This document shows positions 18,246 through 33,163 of a stretch of DNA of 64,000 bases, piece after piece. A model generated the notes under the pieces. The model had not been told where the DNA came from, searched no databases, and saw only the letters and a list, made by a program, of their open reading frames with translations. Origin of the DNA: Eledone cirrhosa (Eukaryota). The stretch is taken from NCBI GenBank assembly GCA_964016885.1, contig OZ024742.1, forward strand, positions 53,630,001 through 53,694,000, written 5' to 3'. Positions within the stretch are counted from its first letter, which is position 1, and each line of letters opens with the position of its first letter. The position numbers were made by a program, and so were the translations under genes.

Positions 18246-19777
18246 ATCTAACAATCATGCCCTTATCTACGAACTCACGATTCTAGACTATGTCATTTCT
18301 TTTACCTTTAGTGTGTATAACAGACGGCGAAAATTCCATTCAGATATGTGGAGAGCAAGAAACATTTTCAAATCAGTTAGGATATATATTATTCTAAGTT
18401 TTAGTCAGTCTTACATATAGACACATACGCACACATAGACATAGAGACACATGTAAATATTCAGAAATATATTTCCACATATAGGCACAAATAGAAACAC
18501 AGTTTCTACCAAACTATTGTTACCACTTTGATAGCAAATATAATATGTATGTACATTTTCATCGTGGTGTACCGAACTTCCCACCAGCTTTACTAAAACA
18601 TTCATGAAATAAAATTTTGATACCCAACTACTATGCAATTACGCAGTCTTTTCTACCGAAACAGTAGGAAGTAGGGCATCTTTTGAAATAGTTTTTATTT
18701 GATTGAAAACAATTTTGCATGCTGAGTTGTTGGCACGAATATTGCTTTCTCTTTCCAAAACGAAAACTTCTAACGAGAAATTAACAAAGGTGTTGACGGA
18801 TTATATGTTCTTTCATTCAGACTGAAAATAACACTTCGTGAACCAATATGCTGTGTTATATATACTACATATATCTCACTCGTAGACACATCACTCGATG
18901 CATTCATAGAATTACTGACAGATTCCAATACTGAAATATTCACTATCATACACACACTAATGCACGAGCAATAAAGCTCTATTTGCATACACGAAACAGT
19001 TTATATTATTCGTTTAATCTTGGCGACTGGCATTTTTCTGCAGTGACATTTATATTTAAAAAGAAAGAGAATCGAGATTTAACTGATACAAAGTCAATAT
19101 CGTGTTGAACTAATTGAACTATGTACATTTTCTCTCTCACTGGGAAATGAGACATGGGCAGCTTTACACAGATTCTATAATATAAAATCATTTTAATGAA
19201 AATACCAAATGAAAATATAAAAATTAATGTTTACAAAGTACTGTAGAAAGCAATCAATAATATTTAAAGAATACAGCCAAGGATATTGGACCTACACCAT
19301 ATTTAACAATCATTAAACTAACAGTGATGTTTTAGTCAGAAGAAAACATGTTTTATTGAAAATTAGTTTCATTTTACACTCAAATGGCAATGATAAAATA
19401 ATGCTTTAGCAAAATAGTGTTTTAGCTGTTGATTAATTATCTGTAGGATTCTCCAGATATTTTCGAAATGTTCTACCACTATTTGTCTACGATCATCTGA
19501 TTTGGTTGTTAAATTTCTTGATGTTAATATAATAAATATTATTTCACTAATTCCCACCAGATTCTTAAATATAACTTCCAAATAATTCATGTTTTTGATC
19601 TCTTGATAATTGTTTCCGTGAGAGATGGCATCATTGATATTCTAGTCTCTTATCTGAGATGCTGATTAAATATATATTGTTTAGTGTTTCTATAGATGTA
19701 CTTTTTTCGTTCAGAACAATAGTACTCTTCCATCCTGGGGCAGTCTACTGATCGTCTGTACCTACTTGTACACAGCG

Positions 19778-19863
<86 letters not shown>
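19778..19863. repeat. (TAC)n microsatellite
   Basis: Perfect trinucleotide run. Confidence 0.95.
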
Positions 19864-19865
<2 letters not shown>

Positions 19866-21713
19866 TTATATTCTGCACAAAGATTTCAATCCCAAGCAAA
19901 GGCACAACAAGATGCAGATGACGTTTTTAGTTCCTCTTTTGCTAGCTGTAAGAAATTAGACTGTAAATACATTTAACCTGTTCTTCGTCTACGCGTAGCC
20001 CTGCTCCGCTCGTTCTCGGGAAGAGGGTGGCCAAGAAGATGCTGGTGATCAGAATGAAGGAGGACAGGATTGCTTTGGGGAAATTGCAGAACGCAACTAC
20101 GGATTCTTGGGGTTAATAATGATAATGATGACGAAGAAAAGGAACATGAAAGAGTAGATGAAAAAAAACAAACTTTATCTTAAACAATAAACAACGAGTT
20201 CTGGTCCTCACAAAGATAAAAAAGTTTAACCTCTTCAGAATCATCAATATCACCATGTTAATCTTAATATTAGCATTATCATCCACAGTAGTTACAAAGG
20301 AAACAGGACAATCTCTCAGTCCATCGAAAGTATTCTCTCTCAGTTCTACACATTGTGGAATATCAAAACTAGATACTCTCTCAGTTTTACACATCTTGAA
20401 ATATCAAAACCAGCAAAAAAATGATACAGAATTTAGTTTTTAAATTACGAAAATTAAACATTAATAAATCACCCAAACTTTATTAAAAACAACAACAACA
20501 AACCTGAATTAGAAAATAAGGAGATCAATATTAGAGAAATAAAATATAAAAAAGATCCGCTATGAAAAGTGCCAGATAATAATTCAATCTCAAATAATTC
20601 TTCGTTACGAAAGTGAAAATAATTATTTCAACAAAAGAAACAGAATGCAAGTTAGGAAATCAATGCAGCAAGACTATCAGGACACTGGACAGGGTTATGA
20701 TTATGAAGGGCAAATAAATCTCCATGTACGAGATTGTTTAACCCAATAAATTCAACACATGATTAGACATGGTAGGCCGCCAAGAAGCTAGCAGAATGGA
20801 ACAGCGGAAAAACACCAGGAAATTATAAAATACCAAACTTCAGCTTAAAATATTGAAAAAAGCCCACAAATCGAGTTAGAAAAACATAATATGATACTGA
20901 CAGAACTGGATCATCTGCATGGAAGCCATCTTAATCGCCAAATACTAAAGAAACAGTAAACTATAAAACCTAGAGAATGATAACCTACCTTACTAAAGAT
21001 TGCAAAGGTTAAGTTTAAAAATAATGTTATAATGGCTATAGAAAAAAATAAGCCTGGTCTAAAAGAAACGTTCAAACCTATAACTAAAGTTTATTTAAGA
21101 AGAGGATACATTCTCCAATTGAAAACAACATCAGATATATATATATAACGTCTAAAAATAAAGAATAAATCATAGAAATAAAAACTACAATGAAAGAAAG
21201 AAGAAAACAATTTCGGGAATGAAACTATGAAATCTATAAACTTTGAGAACGTAAATCACGAACGTAGCAATAACAAATATAAACATCAAAACGAATAAAA
21301 AAAAATCAAAGAAATCGAATTCTAGAATACACCTACAATGCATTGATCAACAGTAGCAGAACCAAAACTACACAAAACCAAATAGGAATGTAGGCGAATA
21401 TGAGAAATATTTCATAGTAAAAATTTCTAAAAGATCAAAAATTTTAATACGACAATATTCAATAGGTAGAAGTAGCTAAATAATTAAAATCGATAGACAA
21501 TATTCCAATAGTCAAAGGAAAAGCAGCAACCCCGCTAATCAGAAAGTAGATGGGTTATTTCCGCTAAACAATTCACTTAGGAATAACCAAACTGAAAGCT
21601 ACTCAAAACTTCCGGAAATCTACTAGTATAGGTATATCTAAACGAAACCAAATTACATTGAAATAAACAGAAGTAATAAAAAAAACAACATATATATATG
21701 TATGTATACACAC

Positions 21714-21838
<125 letters not shown>

Positions 21839-22008
21839 CATATATACATACATATATAAATATATATATACATATGTGTGTGTGTGTTTGTATACAATAC
21901 TATATATGAATAAATAAATGTTTATATATATGTATATATATATATTTATATATATAAATATGTGTATATATATATTTGTATATATATATATGTATACACA
22001 CACACACG

Positions 22009-22125
<117 letters not shown>

Positions 22126-22519
22126 ACATATATATATATATATATATAATCTATAATGAAATCAACAACGGAAAGTCACAAATGAAAACATAAAAAAGGG
22201 AAAGAAACAAATATTTCAGATGGAAAAAATTTAAAATAAAATAAAATATACAAAAGGAATCTCTTAAACAAAACATTCTCGTCAAAAATCGCAAAATTTC
22301 CGTGGTCATAATGATGAACAAACAATGTTTGAACGAAGCAAACACTTCCACTCAAATTCCAAACGATTTCACTAAGAAGGTGGTATGATCAACAGATAAA
22401 TTACTTGTACGATCATATCAATAGAAACTGAACAAGTTTGGAGAGGTTTTTTTAACGACTCTGTTAAACTTACAACAGAGGCATCAGCTGAATATAAAGG
22501 AAAGAAAAGATGTGTATCG

Positions 22520-22690
22520 GTTTAGACGATGAGTGTTCCTGTTGTTCGATTACCGGAACAGCCTACAAGTGAAACTAAAGTGTAAGGAGCTGAGCATATT
22601 CAAGACACATTTACTCTGGGAGTAATTCTCAGGACGATTCAGCCGGGCCGTATGTGATATGTGACAGGGTTGGACTTTTGCATTACACGC
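22520..22690 (-). mobile_element. 3' body fragment of the SINE family at 17945
   Basis: GACGATGAGTGTTCC...GGAACAGCC...GTGAAACTAA...GCTGAGCA, complementary to the diverged 18100-18245 segment. Confidence 0.45.
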
Positions 22691-23408
22691 ACAAACCAAA
22701 GTATGGGCTTCTAAACAGCTCCATCCAAGAGAAGAAGAAAAAGATGACGATGATGATGAGAATTATAGCAAACTTTCCGCTATGTAATACCAGAAATATG
22801 TTGTTGTTTGTAAATTCTGCTCAAAAGATTTAAGTCGCAGAAGCTTTGGCAAATATATTATTTTATGATGAAGACCAAATCTCTAAAGTTATTGATCCGT
22901 AGTCTGTCTGTTTATAATATGAAATCGCTTTGGGTATAATATTATCACATAAATAACGATCGTCTGAGAAAATTATTCCTAAATATTTAGAAACAATGTA
23001 GCAAAGACTCATGTAATTGTTAATATCATTTAGAATGAAATGGGAAAAAGAAAAAAAATATATATTTACAGTTCACACCTATATAGGTTGCTCATAGACG
23101 ATTCATTGGGAGTTTTAATGATATGAACATTAGAGCTCACACACCTCTATGCTGTCATTATAGTTCACATCTGAGTAAGTTTAGCTGGCCTCCTACCAAA
23201 TACCAACTTGAGAATGAGAAAGTAAGTCATATTGATAAATCCCGCCAAGGTATTCATTTGTTTTAAAATTCTATTAAAATCATAGGCAGTGTATTTTATT
23301 TGAAATAAGGTAACGAAAAAATTTTATACAGTGTTAAATCTCTTAAATAAGGTCATATGTACCAATACTGCAACTGCTGCAGTTAAAACTTATATATATA
23401 TATATATA

Positions 23409-24227
23409 TTGGGTCCAGGTTTTTATCATTTATTTTGTTTGACCTGTTTAGCTTGATTTGTTTTTTGGCTTAGGTGGTTAATGCCTTCTTAACCACTTTT
23501 ACAGTTTGTATGGCGTTTTAACATATTGTTTAGCTCTGTTTTTTTTTAACTATTGAGCGCTTGCCAGCATTTCTACGATTTTGCGTTTCGTTTCGCTTTT
23601 TCTACCAGTCGAAATACGATTCTCGCTGAATTATATTTGTATTAATCTCCCGAGTCTTACAAATAACCTGTTAATAATTTTATTGACATATTAATTGCAT
23701 AAGTTTATTTTAAAAAACTACCCGGTTTTGTGCTTATTCGATTTGTGCTATCTATGCAATTTTTTGTATGATATACACATACAGAATTCATTTGCCAAAA
23801 TATGGGGAATTTCCCCTTGTGAGTTACGCATGTGCGTTTACTATGCTCTGCGTCACTCGCAAAGTTGGTTACAGAGCAAAATTACCTGTTGATAACGTGA
23901 TATTTCTTGTTCGATCTTTATGCTGAAAGCTTATAGTTTTAAGCAGACAGTATTATTGATTTAGGTGTCATAGAAACCCTGCATTTGGATTTTACCATCA
24001 GTTCCATTTGGGTCCAGGTTTTTATCATTTATTTTGTTTTACCTGTTTAGCTTGATTTGTTTTTTGGCTTAGGTGGTTAATGCCTTCTTAACCACTTTTT
24101 CAGTTTGTATTGGGTTTTAACATATTGTTTAGCTCTGTTTTTTTTAAACTATTGAGCGCTTGCCACCACTTCTACGATTTTGCGTTTCGTTTCGCTTTTT
24201 CTACCAGCCGAAATACAATTCTCGCTG

Positions 24228-24233
<6 letters not shown>
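23409..24233. repeat. Partial tandem element with ~225-bp terminal direct repeats (period ~600 bp) between (TA)n tracts
   Basis: 23409-23635 is near-identical to 24008-24233. Confidence 0.85.
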
Positions 24234-24324
<91 letters not shown>

Positions 24325-24325
<1 letters not shown>

Positions 24326-25184
24326 GAGGTGTGTCAGAAAAGTTCCAGGACTGATGTCACAAAAGATTTATTTCGAACTCAAACTTCACACTAAGAGTTT
24401 TCTCCTTCAAAATAATCCCCCTGGCGTATGTAACTGTAATCTTAGCTCTCTGCAGCGATCAAACTTTTTTCTTCATAATTTTATATACATGTCCTCTGTT
24501 TCAGGTCGTCAAGCAATGAGCACAGAGCAACGAACAAACTTGAAGTTTCTGGTACGGTTGGGGAAAACTTCTTTAGAAGCACTGGGATTGCTGCAGCAAG
24601 TGTATTGAGATGAGACGATGTCACGCTCACGTGTTTTTTAGTGGTGCAAGATGATCCCAGGAGCGGAAGGCCCTCAACAACCAGGACTGAGCGTTGAGCG
24701 CGTCAGGCAGATGGTGCATATCGATCGTAGGCTGACTGTATGACTAATGGCAAATGAGCTGGGCATGAATCGGGACAGCGTCTGGAAGATTCTCACTGAA
24801 GATTTGGACATGCGGAAAGTCTGCGCGAATATGGTGCCAAAACTGCTGAACGATGACCAGAAGGGTCGACGCATGCAAGTGTGCCAGGACATCCTCGAGT
24901 GTCTTGAAACCGGACCAGACTTGCTAGGGACAGTCATCATGGATCTTCGAGTACGACCCGGAGGGGACCCGTTTTGAAGACGTGGGAGACTCGTTTTGAA
25001 GACGTGGACGACGGAACTGCGGAGGATCCCGGAAGAATCCTTCCAGGAGTGCATGCAAGCGTGGCAGAAACGCATGGAAAAGTGCATTAGACTCCACTTT
25101 GAAGGAAAAAACTCTTAGTGCGAAGTTTAGGTTTGAAATAAATCTTTTGTGACATCAGTCCTGGAACTTTTCCGACACACCTCG
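24325..25184 (+). mobile_element. Internally deleted Tc1/mariner (mariner-type) DNA transposon
   Basis: ~90-bp TIRs CGAGGTGTGTC(A/G)GAAAAGTTCCAGGACTGATGTCAC with TA flanks. Transposase remnant from ATG 24516: MSTEQRTNLKFLVRLGKT...DDPRSGRP...MRKVCANMVPKLL (a WVPxxL equivalent). Stops are present and most of the catalytic domain is missing. Confidence 0.93.
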
Positions 25185-25230
25185 TATATATGTATAAGTA
25201 CGTATATATATATATGTGTGTATAAGTACG

Positions 25231-25416
<186 letters not shown>

Positions 25417-26149
25417 CACATACACACACACACACACATACACACACACACACATATACATGTTTTTCTGTGTGTGCGTGCGCTGCGTGTGTATGTATTT
25501 TAAACTGCAAGCTGTGAACAAAGAAGAAATATTTTATTTACACGAATACTTGGCGGCGGGTGTCCTTCCAATCTAACATTGCTATATAAGCATAACCAGC
25601 GAGGTACAAAGTGTAATTACTACACTCAACTGCAAATAATTTACAAAATAAAAATGAATCTTTTATGACTTCACAAAATAAGATACATGCTGAGGTTACC
25701 AGCAGGTGTAAGTGTAGGTGTGAAAACAGCAAAATTACTGAGGAAAAAACAGAGTTAACAAACTAACAAATATAAAATTAAACTGAAACTGGTATAAAAA
25801 ATGTCCTGCTAAGTTGTAGTAAAGAACAACATGGACAGAGCTGTATTTTTTTATAGACGTTGTATTTTATATCTAAACATCTTCCCTCATAATTTTATGT
25901 AAGGAGCTTTGTTATGATATGTTCTAAACACCACCTAATAATTTACACGTTAATTATATTACTAATTTCCACCAAATTAGTAGGAAACTAATAGGCAGAG
26001 TCTTTCATTGGAAAAATGGTAACGAAGTCGTTAAGAGAATTCCCAAAGAGTATCAAATATTTGTCAGAGTAAATTAAAGTCAGAAGTATCACCAATCTAT
26101 AAAGGGATTTGTTTTAAACCAATAAACATGTTTAAATGTGTATCTCGGA

Positions 26150-26470
26150 GATCAGATATTCACTTCAGGTAGGGCCGCTACTTTTGTGAATTGAGATGAC
26201 AGTTCTGATATAATGGGCATGTGATTATAATGTCTCAAGAAAAAATCGCTAGACAGATTTTACGGGCAAAACCAGCCGGCAGGGAACCCAGGGGTAGACT
26301 CCAACCTAGATGGTTGGGTAACATCCATGAGCTTGACTGGTCTCACTTGGGGATCCAGATGGATCAGTTGGAGACTGTTGCATCTGACAGGACCCACTGG
26401 AAGGAGTGTTTGAAGAATCTTCCCCCACGACCCTCTCAGGAATAAGTGGGTGGGGAAGGAGAAGAATAAG
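26150..26470 (+). mobile_element. 3' end fragment of an RTE-like LINE
   Basis: GHVIIM..EKIARQIL...GREPRGR..PRW...ASDRTHW, a typical RTE C-terminus. Confidence 0.7.
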
Positions 26471-26639
26471 AAGATAATAGAATATAGTGCTGTTACAACT
26501 TACAACTATGTAAGTTTAGCTGGCCTTTTAGAAGGTTGCATCGTATGGATGGTTACTCACAGAGTTTAAAATAATGGGCCTCAATCGTATCATGTTATTG
26601 TTTTAGGTGACACCAATGTAGGTTTAGATGACCTATCAG

Positions 26640-26800
26640 GTTGCATTTCATAGTAAATTACTCGAGTGGTTTAAAGATAGGAGTGCCATAAAAGCAACAT
26701 GAAAAGAAATGTCTTGCAAAAAACACAACGTGCTTCCAGGTTTAGGGATAGAAACCACGACCTTATGATCGTGTGTCCAACGCATAACCACTATGACATC
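26640..26800 (-). mobile_element. Degenerate tRNA-headed CORE-type SINE
   Basis: Minus strand reads TAGTGGTTATGCGTTGGACACACGATCATAAGGTCGTGGTTTCTATCCC followed by TTGTGTTTTTTGCAAGACA. Confidence 0.5.
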
Positions 26801-27867
26801 ACTCTATCTCTTCGAAAATAATTGTATTCCATAAATAGCGGAAAACAAACAATGCTTAGCTTAGCGTTGAATATTAGGTTTATAATGATATCATTATAAA
26901 TATTGAATGATGAAATAGATCATTATATACTTGTTTATGAGATAATAATACATTAAATATTGATACAATACTCTCTGTTCTAATATGATGACCATATATG
27001 TTGCATTATCTTCATTATTGTAGATATTGACACTACGATATACAGTCTATCACGGAGCACTTAAATCACACAAATAAATAAATCAACCAATAAATAGATA
27101 CATGGATAAAAACATGAATAAATAAATAAATAAACCATATGATTAAGATGTAAGGAACACCGTAGGAAAATATTCTCCATCATCAATAATTAGAAATCGT
27201 GATTCGAAAATAAGAAAATATGAATACATATTGTAAATGAATGAAAAATGTCTTTTCTTTCATTCCAGTACGAAATGTCACACAAAGCTCAGAGTCTGTA
27301 AAGAAGGGAAAATTAGAATCTTGGAACTAGAATGTGAATGAATGCCTTTTTAAATGAAAGAAATTACCATCATAAACCACAATAAATTTCCAATAATAGA
27401 ATTATTCTTCCTTAAAGAAATATATAAAAAACCACAGTAGAAACGAGGCAAATAATAAAAAGAGTGCAATGTCTATATCTTATAGAGAAGTTTAGCAAAT
27501 TAATCTACACTAAATTGTACATAAATCGAAACGCGTATAAAATAGAAGTCAATTAAAAACAAACAAACGAAAAAATACACAAGCATATATATATATATAA
27601 CGAGAACTTTCCATTAGTAGAAAATCTAAACGTAGAAATTGAGTGATTAATTGAAGAAATCGTGAAACACACAAACACTCATACATATAGAAAGTAACGA
27701 GAAAAGTAAAATCTAAATATGGAAACAAATCACTTTGTTAGCTAGGGAAAAGATATAAACCATTTTATTTTCAAACTCTTGGCACAAAACAAGAAAATAT
27801 TACATACAAAAGACAGTAAAAAAAAACCCTGTCAAAAGTATTTTAAATTTCAAATCTCCTTCCTTAA

Positions 27868-28010
27868 TGGCGGTGATTTGGCAGAGTTTTTAAAGCGTTG
27901 GGTTAAACGCCTTAGTATTTGTTTTAGTTTACATGCTACGCTCTGTGTCCAAATACCACCATCTGTAGATTGATAAATAAATAACCCACTTCAGTTGTGG
28001 TGTCGATCCT
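27868..28010 (+). mobile_element. Degenerate SINE of the 5962 family
   Basis: GGCGGTGATTTGGCAGAG...CTCTGTGTCCAAAT...GATAAATAAATAACC, with the core partly deleted. Confidence 0.5.
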
Positions 28011-28034
28011 TCCTCTATCCCTTCTTATCATTTT

Positions 28035-28093
<59 letters not shown>

Positions 28094-29717
28094 TTTCTGA
28101 AAGAAATCGACTGAGTTCAGACCTGCAGAGGGATGGGCATTGTCAGATTTAAAATGTTTAAAATATGAGATATCGTGACAACACTCCTACGACTCAATCT
28201 GTGTTTAAGAAACATTTCTTTCTATTTTCTATCGTTAATTGGCGAATTATTTTATTCAATATAGTGATATTTTGATTTACCTGGACAAAGAGAACATTTC
28301 TTAGAAGACTTGATATATTTAGATGATGTTCCGGGAAGTCTTGATTTACTTAGATGATTTTCTTTGTAGATAGATTTTATTCATGTTACAGAGTTCTTTC
28401 CTTTATTCGTGAATTCCAATACTAAAATAGATACATTTGTTTTTTATATTATCTGTCAAAGTTTTCACAAACTTGATTATAATTGTGTTATATTGTATGA
28501 TTCCTCTATGTTTATTACTATCATATGTTCCGTTAGGAATATATACTTGTTAGTACCACGAATCTGTTTATATTTAAAATATCGTCTTACGTAGTTTATC
28601 CTTTTATGTCTCATGCCTCATCAGTTATGCTGTACATAACTTACTTGTTTCTTCAAAATATATCTTTTCTTTGTATGTCATCGGTTATTCTGTTGTTTTA
28701 TTCTATTTACATTACTTGATGTTTATATCAGTTATTCTGTTTAGGTTCGGGTGAAGCTTTTAGTGTATTGTAAATTTACATAGTTTATCTGTCGTCTCCC
28801 ATCTTCGCTTATCCGTCATCAGATTTCATCCGTCGATATGGCTGTGGTAGTATGTGTTACTCAGACTGTGGCTTTACACTATCTTTGTAACAGTTCCAAG
28901 TATATTGTTTCTATTTTCACAGTCATTATTTCCACGGCAGCGGTTGCTTCATCTTCAGAAAGCTGATATTGGGATTTATGTATTTTAGAAGAGACCATAA
29001 CTAAATAACTAGTGTTTCTGTTACACTTGGATTGTTCGAATCGACACAATAAATCGTGACCTTATTAAATTATTAATTTCACTCCTCATATATAATTTGC
29101 ACAGACCATATTTTTTATTTTCACTTGTATTATATGTCCACGATTGATATATCATAGCTTATTGAGTTATTTATTTTTTGTAAACATTTTCTTTCCAAAC
29201 CTATAAATTAGTGTGCTATATATTTTCGTATTTGGGATATTGCCAAATATATTTCCAGTTGTAAACCAATTCAATGGCAGCTGACAATTTCTCAAGCCAG
29301 TTCCAGATATTTGGTTTATATATAGCAATCTAATTCGGTTTTAATTTGGCTTCTTGTAAAATATATCAATTCTGATTTCCATTCTATCTCTTAAACATAT
29401 ATGGATTCCGTACCTCGTTTTCTGATGTTATATCAACAATTGTCTGTTGGTCGAAGATTTGTAGTATTTGAAGATGTCAAATTGCGTTCGTCTAACAATA
29501 TCTGGTGATTCTAGATTATATATACTTTGATTTGACTGCCGTACTGTCTTTTAGCCTCAAATTCCTCATGTATTACGTTCAACAAGTAGTAGATTATTAA
29601 AACATACATATATTTAATACTAAAAGTTATACGAGACCCGATCCTCAATAACTATGAAAGTTGATCCATCTAAACCTCTTAACATATGCACACGCACGCT
29701 GACACGCATCCTATGTA

Positions 29718-29764
<47 letters not shown>

Positions 29765-29898
29765 ATACAGAAATGGCTTCTACAAGACTAGACCTGTTTC
29801 ATTCGTATGAAATCATCAGAAATGCACCGAGTACCTTATTTACTGTGGTTACCACCGATTCAACTCGGGATCTACACACACACACGCACACACACATA

Positions 29899-29979
<81 letters not shown>

Positions 29980-30010
29980 CATCTTTATATTTGTATGTAT
30001 GGATACATAA

Positions 30011-30066
<56 letters not shown>

Positions 30067-30067
<1 letters not shown>

Positions 30068-31095
30068 CTGGCACACTGAGTGTGCCCAGGCGCTCACCGC
30101 CCTCTGGCAGGCGGATCCGGTTATCAGTGGAGACTCCACCGCAACATTCTATAGAGGGCTGGTACGCAGCAGGTGCGACGACGCCCTCGGAGAAGCCCTA
30201 GACATGGAGGAGGACGAACTGGCCAGCCTGTTCGGTAGGACATTCAGCCCGGGACCTATGGACAACTTCCAGAAGTCCCTGGCCTGGCAGTGCTACCGAG
30301 GAGCTTTACCCGCTCGAGAAAGGCTCTACAGACACGGGCGCCCGGGTAGGGACCCCGCCAAAAAGATCTGTCCCAGATGCGTGTGCGACGAGGAAACCGT
30401 TGCACACGCATTGGTACACTGCTCGGGCGTAGCCGATCTGTGGGGCTATGTCGAACAACTGCTGTCAAGGGTGGGACCGATCCGGTTGACCACCGAGTCT
30501 ATTGTAATGATCAAGCCGCCTCCCCCCTTCAAAGATGAAGCAGAGGCGGTGTTTCTGTGCGTAATAGCCATGGCGAAAGAGGTTGTATGGTGGACGCGTC
30601 TGAAAGGACTGAGGTCAGGCACCTTTCTCTCTGGCCAACAACTGGTCCGTTTCTTCCGATATCATTTCGGAAGAAGGATCAGGATGGAGAGAGAGGTGCT
30701 GCACCCCAGTCGTTTTTATGAAAGGTGGGTGAAAGTGGCGAGAATGGCCCGTGTGAATGGGCCTTCTCTTTACATGAGCCTGTAGGTGGAAAAGAGGAAG
30801 GAACGAGGGAGCACCCCCTCTCTGTGCTCCTGAGGAAAAGGGTTGCACACTTTTTTCGGGGGTGTGTGCGACCCCCCAAGGCGCCTCCTCTCTATTGAGG
30901 ATTTTGTTATAAATTTTATTTTTTGTTATATTTTATAACAAAATCCTCTATTGAGGATTTTGTTATAATTCTTATATTTTATTTTATTTTTATATATTGT
31001 TATTGCCTCCTCCCTATTGAGGACGCCTTGTTTTGTAAACTCCCCCCATTGTACTTGTCCCACTTTTGATGCCCTTGTGGCAAATAAAAGAAACA
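30067..31095 (+). mobile_element. 5'-truncated Tx1/L1-clade LINE (ORF2 C-terminal zinc-knuckle region plus 3' UTR)
   Basis: WHTECAQAL...CPRC..DEETVAHALVHC, highly similar to 35886-36601. AATAAA precedes (TATC)n, and (TATC)n also lies upstream. Confidence 0.92.
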
Positions 31096-31326
31096 TATCT
31101 ATCTATCTATCTATCTATCTATCTTGATAGAGTAAGACACGCTTCGCATCGGCTCCGCTATTCCATCGGGATTTACCCTTACTATTGTAAGTACCGGATA
31201 CATTTTTTAGTGCAACACATTTGGAACACTAACCCCTGTTATTTAGGGAAACATTTTTGCATTTACCCCCTTTTTAGGGGGTAAAATAAATATCTATTTT
31301 TGCCGAAAAATTTCTTTCTTGGCAGC

Positions 31327-33163
31327 ATGGCGGAAAAGATGGCAGACATGTCTGCCATTAGCTCTGCCACGCCCCCCCAAGTCTGAAGAACAAAAAATAA
31401 TTACAACAAAATTAGACATTGAAACAAACAAACAAAATGAAAAAACAAATGTTAAGGAAAATGAGCAAACAGAAAACAAACAAACAGAAAATAATACAAA
31501 TAACGACAGGGCAACTTTCGCCCAGAAAACAAAACAATCCATTACATACACACCAATTGACCTAACTGCCGCCAGAGAAAAACTGGCCGAAGCAAAGAAA
31601 CACATTGTTTTGGGGGAGAACGGAATGTTTTCCATTAACTCCCCCCCAGAATTCAAGAAAGCCAGAGCAGAAAACACAGTTCTATACAGAACTATACTGA
31701 ACCAGACAAGAAAGCCAGCACAGCCCAGCCAAATGGAAATAGAGTTAGTCCTAAAAGACTATATGAAGAATATTCTCTTCATACGAAAGGACCGACTCTA
31801 TGGCAGCATTTCGGTCCTAACAAGAGACAAAGAAACGGCGGAGAAGCTTTCCCTAAGCCCACTCTCGTCGACAACATATAGTTTCTATCCTTCCTACATG
31901 GGTAGAAGAACACAGAGAGTAAAAGTAAAAACAATGCTGCCCACAATGGACTTCTGGTGGGCTATTGCTGGCTTCATTGATATGGGCGAAGACACTATGC
32001 TGTCAATGGGGAAGGCAACTGGAGATGCGTTCCTGGGAATGGGCCTCGACATACTAGTCCAAATGAGGCCCGAAAGAATAGCACAAATCCCGGATCGCAT
32101 CTGGCTGGATGACCTTACCCCAATAGACATAATTGTAGAGGGGAGAAGACCAGCATGCTATTTATGCATGGAAAGGGGACACGTTAAGGCTAACTGCCCG
32201 AAACGTATCCCCCAAAAAGGACTATTGCCCACACCCACCACAAACAGTACACCAGCACCACCCACCTCCAAAAATACACTAATACCACACACAGCAAACA
32301 AAATACAGACACCACCAACCACAAACACAACACAAACATCACCACCACCAGCACCAAACACAAGCACGACACAAAAATCACCACCACCAACCACAACACA
32401 AACATCACCACCACCATCACCAACCACAAGCACGACACAAACATTACCACCACCACCACCACAAAACCCATTCCAAACAAATAATAAAAAAAACAGTAAC
32501 AAATCTACCCCTCCCGCAAAAAAAAAACAACCACACAACACGTCCCTCCCACCTAGCGCTGAAGAGTTTCCCCCAACTTCTGAAGAAGAAGGAGGAGAAG
32601 CCTTCAGACAAGTTAAAAGAAAAAAAAGAAAACACACACCCAGCACACCACAAATAACCCACACACAAACACCAACTCCAATCAAAAACACCCCACCCTC
32701 AACAAACAAAAATAAATCTGCGCCTCCCCTCTCCGAAACATTGACAGCATCACAAAAAAAGACGTTGCAATACACATATATAAATAAAGAAAACAAAAAA
32801 CTGGTTAAATTAATAAACAATAACCCTATGGTGCAGACCGAAGGGCCAAACTTTATCTCAACAGAGAACTTCACCCATTTAAAAATGATAAAGGTCCCTC
32901 TGGACCTTTATCGTTCCTTAAAAGAACAATTTAGACGGGACGTGAGCCCCCCCTGTTTAAAACCGTTGAATCGCGTCCTCTTGAAAGATTTCCCCATAAC
33001 CGCCCCTCTCCCTGACACAAATCCAAATACCCCAACCCCACCACACACGTGTACCCCCACACCACCACAAAACATCCCTCCACCCAACACACCTGATGCC
33101 ATGGAAATTACGCAACCCGGAGAGGTAAGTGCTTTTCTTTCTTCACTTTCAACACCAAAATAG
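31327..33163 (+). CDS. LINE ORF1p: gag-like CCHC zinc knuckle, Pro/Thr-rich linker and conserved C-terminal block
   Basis: Knuckle CYLCMERGHVKANC. The probable start is ATG 31327 (MAEKMADM), which joins the long frame if the C-run at ~31372 is one base shorter. The sister element also starts MAE. Confidence 0.8.

Noticed and set aside
19369-19590. hAT transposase remnant (LKHYFAKALFYHC)
   Set aside because: Only one short motif resemblance, and no TIRs were found.
20110-21560. A-rich, strand-biased stretch resembling an old LINE (likewise ~28300-29600 and 9510-11300 on the minus strand)
   Set aside because: Probably ancient TE debris, but no motif is clear enough to assign a family.
32158-32874. 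238-aa antisense ORF inside LINE ORF1
   Set aside because: It arises from the AC-rich low-complexity linker, which lacks stops on the reverse strand.
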